Assembly (NCBI GenBank): GCA_044228875.1
Contig: JBGAUA010000001.1
Span: 14,713-78,712, forward strand
DNA: 64,000 nucleotides
Source: Anaerolineae bacterium
Lineage (GTDB): Bacteria > Chloroflexota > Anaerolineae > Epilineales > Epilineaceae
Reading direction: 5' to 3'
Shown: piece after piece, positions 59,233 to 64,000 of the stretch
How the letters are laid out: each line of letters begins with the position of its first letter
Position numbering within the stretch: the stretch's first letter is position 1
Notes under the pieces: model-generated
What the model saw: only the letters and a program-made list of their open reading frames with translations
Told to the model about the DNA's origin: nothing
Database searches by the model: none
Made by a program: the position numbers and the translations under genes

Positions 59233-60453
59233 ATGGCCATGAACCAGAGCGCGCCGGCTTCCATGGATGGGGACTGGGATCTCGCCGCCCTGCGACGACG
59301 GGTCCGCTCCGGCAGGCACGTCATCCTGTCCTGGGGCCTGTTCGCCGGGCTCGCGGCCTCTCTGCTCATCCTTGCCGATGGCCGCCGCTACCGCGCCGAG
59401 GCCATACTGGCCGTGGCCCGACCAGACGCCGTGCTCCAGTTCGACCCGCGCTTTGCCCCGGCGGCGAGCAACCCCAGCTTCCCGTTCCAGGTCAACAGCC
59501 TGCGCGTCTACAGCGAGCTGCTGGAGTCGGAAGGCATGGCCCGTCTGGTCGGCAATGCCCTGGCAGAGGCCGGCTACGCGGAAAGCATGGACAGCCGGGA
59601 CCTGCTGTCCGCCGTCCACGTCGAGGCCCTGGCGGACGGGGCCCTGCTGCGCATCGAAGCGGCCGGCAGGACGCCGGCGTCGGCGGCACTGCTTGCCGGC
59701 ACCTGGGCCGAGGTCTTCAGCGCTCACATGGCCTTGCTGTACGGCAAAGTCGCCGCTGACGGTGTCCGCACCGCCCGCGATGCGGCGGCAGCCGACCTGA
59801 AGCAGGCCGAGGCCGACCTGGCCGAGGGCTACCGCCGGGAACGCCTCGCCTCGCGGCAGGCGACCTACCAGGCGTTGAAGAACGCCCAGGCCCGGAGACT
59901 GGAAGCCCACGCGCGGCTGGAGGCGGCCAAAGGCGACCTGGCGGCGCTGCTCGCCGCGCCAGGCGCCGGAGCCGCTGCCCGCACGGCGAGCCAGCAGCTT
60001 GCCCTGGCGGCCTTGACCGCCGGCACCGCGCCCAGCCAGACCATGTCCCTCCAGTTGGCGCTGCCTCCGGTCGGCGAAGCCGCCAGGACCGATCTGGAAG
60101 CGTTGGCCGCGCAGGTGGATGGCCGACTCGCGGCTATGAAACCTGAAGGGTCGGCGGAGGCACGGCGATTGGACGAGGCCTACCATGACGTCGCCTCAGC
60201 CGAGTCCGCCGTGACCGCGCTGCGCCGCAACCGAAACCTGGCGGAGGAGCGCTACTTGACCCTGGCCCGCAAAGCGGATGAACAGGCGGTGGCCGAGACC
60301 ACCCAGGCTCCGGAGTTGCGCCTCGCCGGCCCTCCGGCGACCGATGACCGCCTGCCGTGGTGGCGCTACGCGCAGCGCCTGGCGGCGGCCGTGGGCCTCG
60401 GCCTCCTCTTGGGTCTGGTCTGGGTGCTGGCCGTTCGCCAGAGCGCCGCCTAA
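59233..60453 (+). CDS. Wzz/GumC-like polysaccharide chain-length-determinant protein (no kinase domain)
   Basis: N-terminal TM 'VILSWGLFAGLAASLLIL'. Long coiled-coil periplasmic region. C-terminal TM 'AAAVGLGLLLGLVWVLAV'. Confidence 0.5.
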   Translation: MAMNQSAPASMDGDWDLAALRRRVRSGRHVILSWGLFAGLAASLLILADGRRYRAEAILAVARPDAVLQFDPRFAPAASNPSFPFQVNSLRVYSELLESEGMARLVGNALAEAGYAESMDSRDLLSAVHVEALADGALLRIEAAGRTPASAALLAGTWAEVFSAHMALLYGKVAADGVRTARDAAAADLKQAEADLAEGYRRERLASRQATYQALKNAQARRLEAHARLEAAKGDLAALLAAPGAGAAARTASQQLALAALTAGTAPSQTMSLQLALPPVGEAARTDLEALAAQVDGRLAAMKPEGSAEARRLDEAYHDVASAESAVTALRRNRNLAEERYLTLARKADEQAVAETTQAPELRLAGPPATDDRLPWWRYAQRLAAAVGLGLLLGLVWVLAVRQSAA

Positions 60454-60533
60454 GCCCCTTGGCGCCACGCGCATCGGCCCTCGGCTTGCGGCGGATCTCC
60501 CCGCCAGGTCTGGCGCTGGCCGGCGTCGGAGGC

Positions 60534-62009
60534 GTGCTTGCCGCGCTGCTTGCTGAGCGCTGGCCCCTGGCGCCGCTCTGGCTCGGCGTGGGGCTGCTGC
60601 TGTTGGCGGGCATCGTGTTCGCCGGCCGCGTCCTCGGTCTTGCTCTGGCAATGCTGCTGGCCCTGGTTCTGCTGCAGGATCCCTTGGTCGCCGCCGGGAT
60701 GGCCCCGCTGCAGATGGCGGACGAGACCTTGGTGATCCTGGCCGCCGCGGGCCTCACCTGGCGGGCCCTCGGCCATGGCCATCTGGCGCGGACTCCGCTG
60801 GACGTACCCACGGTGGTCTTCCTGCTGCTGGCCCTCCTGTCGGCCACCGTGCGCCAGGTACCGCCATGGATCGCGGCCCTGGGCATGCTGTCCGTGGCCA
60901 AAGGTCTGGCGGCATTCCACCTGGCGGCGCGTCTGCCGGACGCCGGTCGGGCGGCCCGTCGCGGCCTGCCCTGGCTGCTGGGCCTGGCGACGGCCACCGC
61001 GGCGGTGGCACTGGCTCAGCGACTCGGTGGTCCGACAATCTACCGGCTGATGGGCCGCCTGGACTATTACCAGCAATGGCAGGGCACCAAGGTGCCGTCG
61101 ATCTTCTTCAATCACAACAGCCTGGGCCATGTGATGGTCCTGGCCGGGCTTCCCATCCTGGCCCTGTCCCTGACCTGTACGGGTCGCGGCGCGCGAGCGG
61201 CCCGTGCGGCCGCCCTCGTCTGCCTGGGCGGCCTGGTGGTTTCCGCCTCTCGCGAGAGCTGGCTGGCAGCCATGGCCGGCCTTCTGACCCTGGCGACCCT
61301 GGCGACCCTCGCACGTTCGCGCCGCCATCTGCTCCTCTCCCTGGGCATCTGCCTGGCGCTGGCGGTCGGCGGATTGGGGGTCTATGCCGGCTCCGCGCTC
61401 CTGCGCGCGGAGATCGCCCGGCGCACGGCCGGGGTCTGGGAGGGCTGGCGCCTGTACCACATGGGCTACAGCGGCTGGGCCTACCGCGGCGAATACCGGG
61501 TCTACAACATCCTCAAGAGCTGGGAGATCTTCCTGGACCAGCCGCTGCTCGGCACCGGCCCAGGCCGCTTCGGCGGCGCGACGGCGGTACGCTACCCCAG
61601 CCCGGTCTACGCGGCCTACGATTTTCTTCCGCTCAACGGCACATACATCCCTCTGGACGTCTTCTGGTCCCGCCTCCTGACCGAATTCGGCTTGCTGGGC
61701 GCAGCCGCCTACCTGGCCTGCCTGGCCGCCTACGGCCACATCGCCTGGCGTCTCGCCCGCGCCCCGAACCCGAGAACCCGCGCGATGGGCCTGGCCGCGG
61801 CGATGGCGCTGAGCGCGATGCTGATCCTCGGCCTGTTCTCCCCGGCCCTGGAAGATCCCCTATCCTCGATGCCATTCTGGTCCCTTGGGGGCCTGGCCTG
61901 GGCGCTGGGCCGCCAGGGGCGAGGCGGCGAAAGGCAGCCCGTCGAGGGGGAGATTCCGACCACTGGCGGAGGAGGCCAGGCGCCAAACGGACACGGTTTC
62001 GCCCTGTGA
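60534..62009 (+). CDS. O-antigen ligase/polymerase family (Wzy_C-like) membrane protein
   Basis: ~10 TM helices. Central large loop with 'FFNHNSLGHVMVLAGLPI'. Start uncertain: GTG at 60534 proposed; the ORF is open from 60357. Confidence 0.5.
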   Translation: MLAALLAERWPLAPLWLGVGLLLLAGIVFAGRVLGLALAMLLALVLLQDPLVAAGMAPLQMADETLVILAAAGLTWRALGHGHLARTPLDVPTVVFLLLALLSATVRQVPPWIAALGMLSVAKGLAAFHLAARLPDAGRAARRGLPWLLGLATATAAVALAQRLGGPTIYRLMGRLDYYQQWQGTKVPSIFFNHNSLGHVMVLAGLPILALSLTCTGRGARAARAAALVCLGGLVVSASRESWLAAMAGLLTLATLATLARSRRHLLLSLGICLALAVGGLGVYAGSALLRAEIARRTAGVWEGWRLYHMGYSGWAYRGEYRVYNILKSWEIFLDQPLLGTGPGRFGGATAVRYPSPVYAAYDFLPLNGTYIPLDVFWSRLLTEFGLLGAAAYLACLAAYGHIAWRLARAPNPRTRAMGLAAAMALSAMLILGLFSPALEDPLSSMPFWSLGGLAWALGRQGRGGERQPVEGEIPTTGGGGQAPNGHGFAL

Positions 62010-63103
62010 TCGCTTCGGTCGGTTCCGCCCCCACCCTCGACCACGCTTCCACCGGCCCGGTCCTGGTTGTCACCAACATGTGGCCCGACGCGGCGGACCC
62101 CGCCTTCGGCAGCTTCGTGTCCCAGCAGGTAACAGCGCTGCGGGATCTGGGCCTGCCCTTGGCGGTCTGCTTCATCGACGGGCGCGCGGGAAGGCGCAAC
62201 TACCTCCATGGTATCCGGCGCATCCGGTCCCACCTGCGGCGCGGCTTCACGACAGAACAAGACCAGAGCGCGGCGCGGCCCTTTCGGCTGGTCCATGCCC
62301 ATTACGTGCTCAGCGGCCTGGCGGCGTTGATGGCCGGCGCACGGCGCCCCGACCGCCCCTTGCTGGTAACCCATCACGGCATCGAGATCTTTGAGGGCTG
62401 GCAAGCACCCGTAGCCCGCCTGGTGACCCGTCTGGCCGATCGCTCGCTGGTCATCAGCGCGGCCATGGCCGCGCACCTGGGCCTGGGAGAAGCGTCGGTG
62501 CTGCCCTGCGGCATCGACCTGCGGCGGTTCCGCCCCCAGGATCGGGCTGCTGCTTGCCGCGACCTGGGCCTCGACGCGACGCGACGACGCGTCGCCTGGG
62601 TGGGCGCCGACCGGCCTGAGAAGCGGCTCGACCTGGCGCGCCGGACCGTCCAGCTGGTAGCGGTAGGACGCAGCGACGTGGACCTGCATGTGGTCAGCGG
62701 CCTGCCGCCGGAGGCGGTGCCGGCGCACATGGCCGCCTGCGACGCCCTGCTGGTCACGAGCACCCGCGAAGGCGGCCCGCTGGTGGTAAAGGAAGCCCTG
62801 GCCATGCAACTGCCGGTGGTCAGCACGGCGGTGGGCGATGTGGCGGACCTCTTGGATGGGTTGCCAGGTTGCACCGTGGTCGGTGGGCCGGCAGGTAACC
62901 GTCGTGACGCACCGTACGATGGCGACGCGCAAGGTCTGGCGGCGCGTCTGGCCAGCGCTCTGGTTCGCGCTCTTGACAGTGGCACGGGCCCCGCGGCGCG
63001 AGAACGGGTGCTGCCTTTCGGTCATGAGCGCATCGCGGCGCGGCTCCTTGCAGTCTACGCCGAGTTGCATCGTGCGGCGGGCGGGAAAGCCGGCGCGGCG
63101 TGA
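62006..63103 (+). CDS. Glycosyltransferase family 4
   Basis: GTG start overlapping the ligase stop. GT-B C-terminal 'SGLPPEAVPAHMAACDALLVTSTREGGPLVVKEALAMQLPVVSTAVGD' (EX7E-type). Confidence 0.65.
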   Translation: MIASVGSAPTLDHASTGPVLVVTNMWPDAADPAFGSFVSQQVTALRDLGLPLAVCFIDGRAGRRNYLHGIRRIRSHLRRGFTTEQDQSAARPFRLVHAHYVLSGLAALMAGARRPDRPLLVTHHGIEIFEGWQAPVARLVTRLADRSLVISAAMAAHLGLGEASVLPCGIDLRRFRPQDRAAACRDLGLDATRRRVAWVGADRPEKRLDLARRTVQLVAVGRSDVDLHVVSGLPPEAVPAHMAACDALLVTSTREGGPLVVKEALAMQLPVVSTAVGDVADLLDGLPGCTVVGGPAGNRRDAPYDGDAQGLAARLASALVRALDSGTGPAARERVLPFGHERIAARLLAVYAELHRAAGGKAGAA

Positions 63104-64000
63104 AGAACGGATCGGATGCGGCGAAGGGGCGTCCGCTCCGGGTGCTCATCCTGCGTCAGGGCCATTTTCCGCAGGATCCCCGCGTGCAGCGGGAGGCCCT
63201 GGCCCTGACGGCGGCAGGGCACGAGGTGACGGTGCTCTGCTTGCGCGGGACGGAACCAACGGGCGCGCGGCAGGCCGCTCGCGACACAGTGGAGGGCGTG
63301 CATGTCCATCGCCTGCCCCTAGGCCGCCGGCGCGGCGGCGCGATGCGTTACCTGCTGGATTACGGCGGTTTCTTCGTCACCGCCTTGCTGGCGACGAGCG
63401 TCGGGCAACTCCGACGGCGTTTCGACGTGGTACAGGTGAACACCCTGCCGGATGCCCTGGTCTGGGCCGCCTGGCCGGCGCGCCTCCTCGGCGCGGGTAT
63501 CCTCCTGGACCTTCACGAGTTGATGCCCGAACTCTTCGCCTCGCGCTTCGGCGTGAGCATGGACCATTGGCTGCCGCGCCTGCTGGGCCGCGTGGAGACG
63601 GCGGCCATCCGCTTCGCCGACCGGGCCGTCGCGGTCAGCGAGCCCTGCCTGTCCCGCTACGTCGACCGGGGTGCGCCCCGAGCGCGCTTTACGATCGTGC
63701 TGAACAGCCCCGATCCACGACGATTCCCGGTACGGCCGCCGATCCCGCCGCCCCCGGGCAGGCGACGGATCGTCAGCCACGGCACCCTTGTGGCGCGCTA
63801 CGGCTTCGACGTCCTGTTGGAGGCCTTCGCCCGCCTGGCGCTGGAGCCGGGCGGAGCGGACCTGCGCCTGGAGATCCTGGGAGACGGCGAGCAGCGGCCA
63901 GGCCTCATCCGTCGGGCGGCTGAGCTGGGTATGGCGGATCGGGTGTACCTGCCGGGAGAGCTGCCGCTGGCGGCGGTGGCCGACCGCCTGGCGGGAGCGA
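63100..64000 (+). CDS. Glycosyltransferase family 4 (3'-truncated by window edge)
   Basis: GTG start at 63100 overlapping the previous stop. N-terminal GT-B 'LRVLILRQGHFPQDPRVQREALAL..GHEVTVLC' and 'IVSHGTLVARYGFDVLLEAFA'. Continues past the end of the window. Confidence 0.55.
   Translation, partial: MKNGSDAAKGRPLRVLILRQGHFPQDPRVQREALALTAAGHEVTVLCLRGTEPTGARQAARDTVEGVHVHRLPLGRRRGGAMRYLLDYGGFFVTALLATSVGQLRRRFDVVQVNTLPDALVWAAWPARLLGAGILLDLHELMPELFASRFGVSMDHWLPRLLGRVETAAIRFADRAVAVSEPCLSRYVDRGAPRARFTIVLNSPDPRRFPVRPPIPPPPGRRRIVSHGTLVARYGFDVLLEAFARLALEPGGADLRLEILGDGEQRPGLIRRAAELGMADRVYLPGELPLAAVADRLAGA

Overview
The window is about 70% GC and reads as core chromosome. There are no tRNA/rRNA genes, no integrase or transposase, and no CRISPR array. 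I chose genes by recognisable family motifs and GC3-type codon bias, because almost every real gene here has a long antisense or off-frame ORF that I regard as a high-GC artefact.

About 48 plausible genes sit in tightly coupled operons, many joined by ATGA/GTGA stop-start overlaps.

- **Housekeeping:** scpB-cmk-membrane-plsC (minus), suhB, pyrD-pyrK, arfB, rpoD, hbd, topA, murA, mreB, a SpoU/TrmH methyltransferase.
- **Envelope and transport:** a GldA/GldF/GldG-like ABC system followed by a DUF4340-like gene; CopC and PCu(A)C copper proteins; two GT39-like membrane glycosyltransferases; a Wzz/O-antigen-ligase/GT4/GT4 polysaccharide cluster.
- **Large secreted proteins:** a partial S8 subtilase with PKD, an M23-like peptidase, a GDPD-FG-GAP fusion, a ~1270-aa CotH-kinase/lamin-tail-domain protein, a 4x lamin-tail-domain protein, a tricorn protease, and a ~1220-aa double-VWA/beta-propeller protein.

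Gene content (tricorn, CotH/LTD, SCO1664-family triad, GldG, a topA with a Gly-rich C-terminal repeat domain) suggests Chloroflexota/Thermomicrobia-like or actinobacterial origin.

The most interesting candidates for undescribed systems are:
1. A CotH-kinase gene divergent from a VTC (polyphosphate-polymerase-like triphosphate-tunnel) + DUF4956 membrane-protein pair.
2. A histidine-phosphatase / DUF3090 / SCO1664-family triad next to arfB.
3. A fused ChlI-ChlD AAA+/VWA protein converging on the double-VWA beta-propeller giant, which is divergent from tricorn, with an unusual AT-richer hairpin/repeat element in the convergent intergenic region.
4. An orphan NurA-like nuclease gene.
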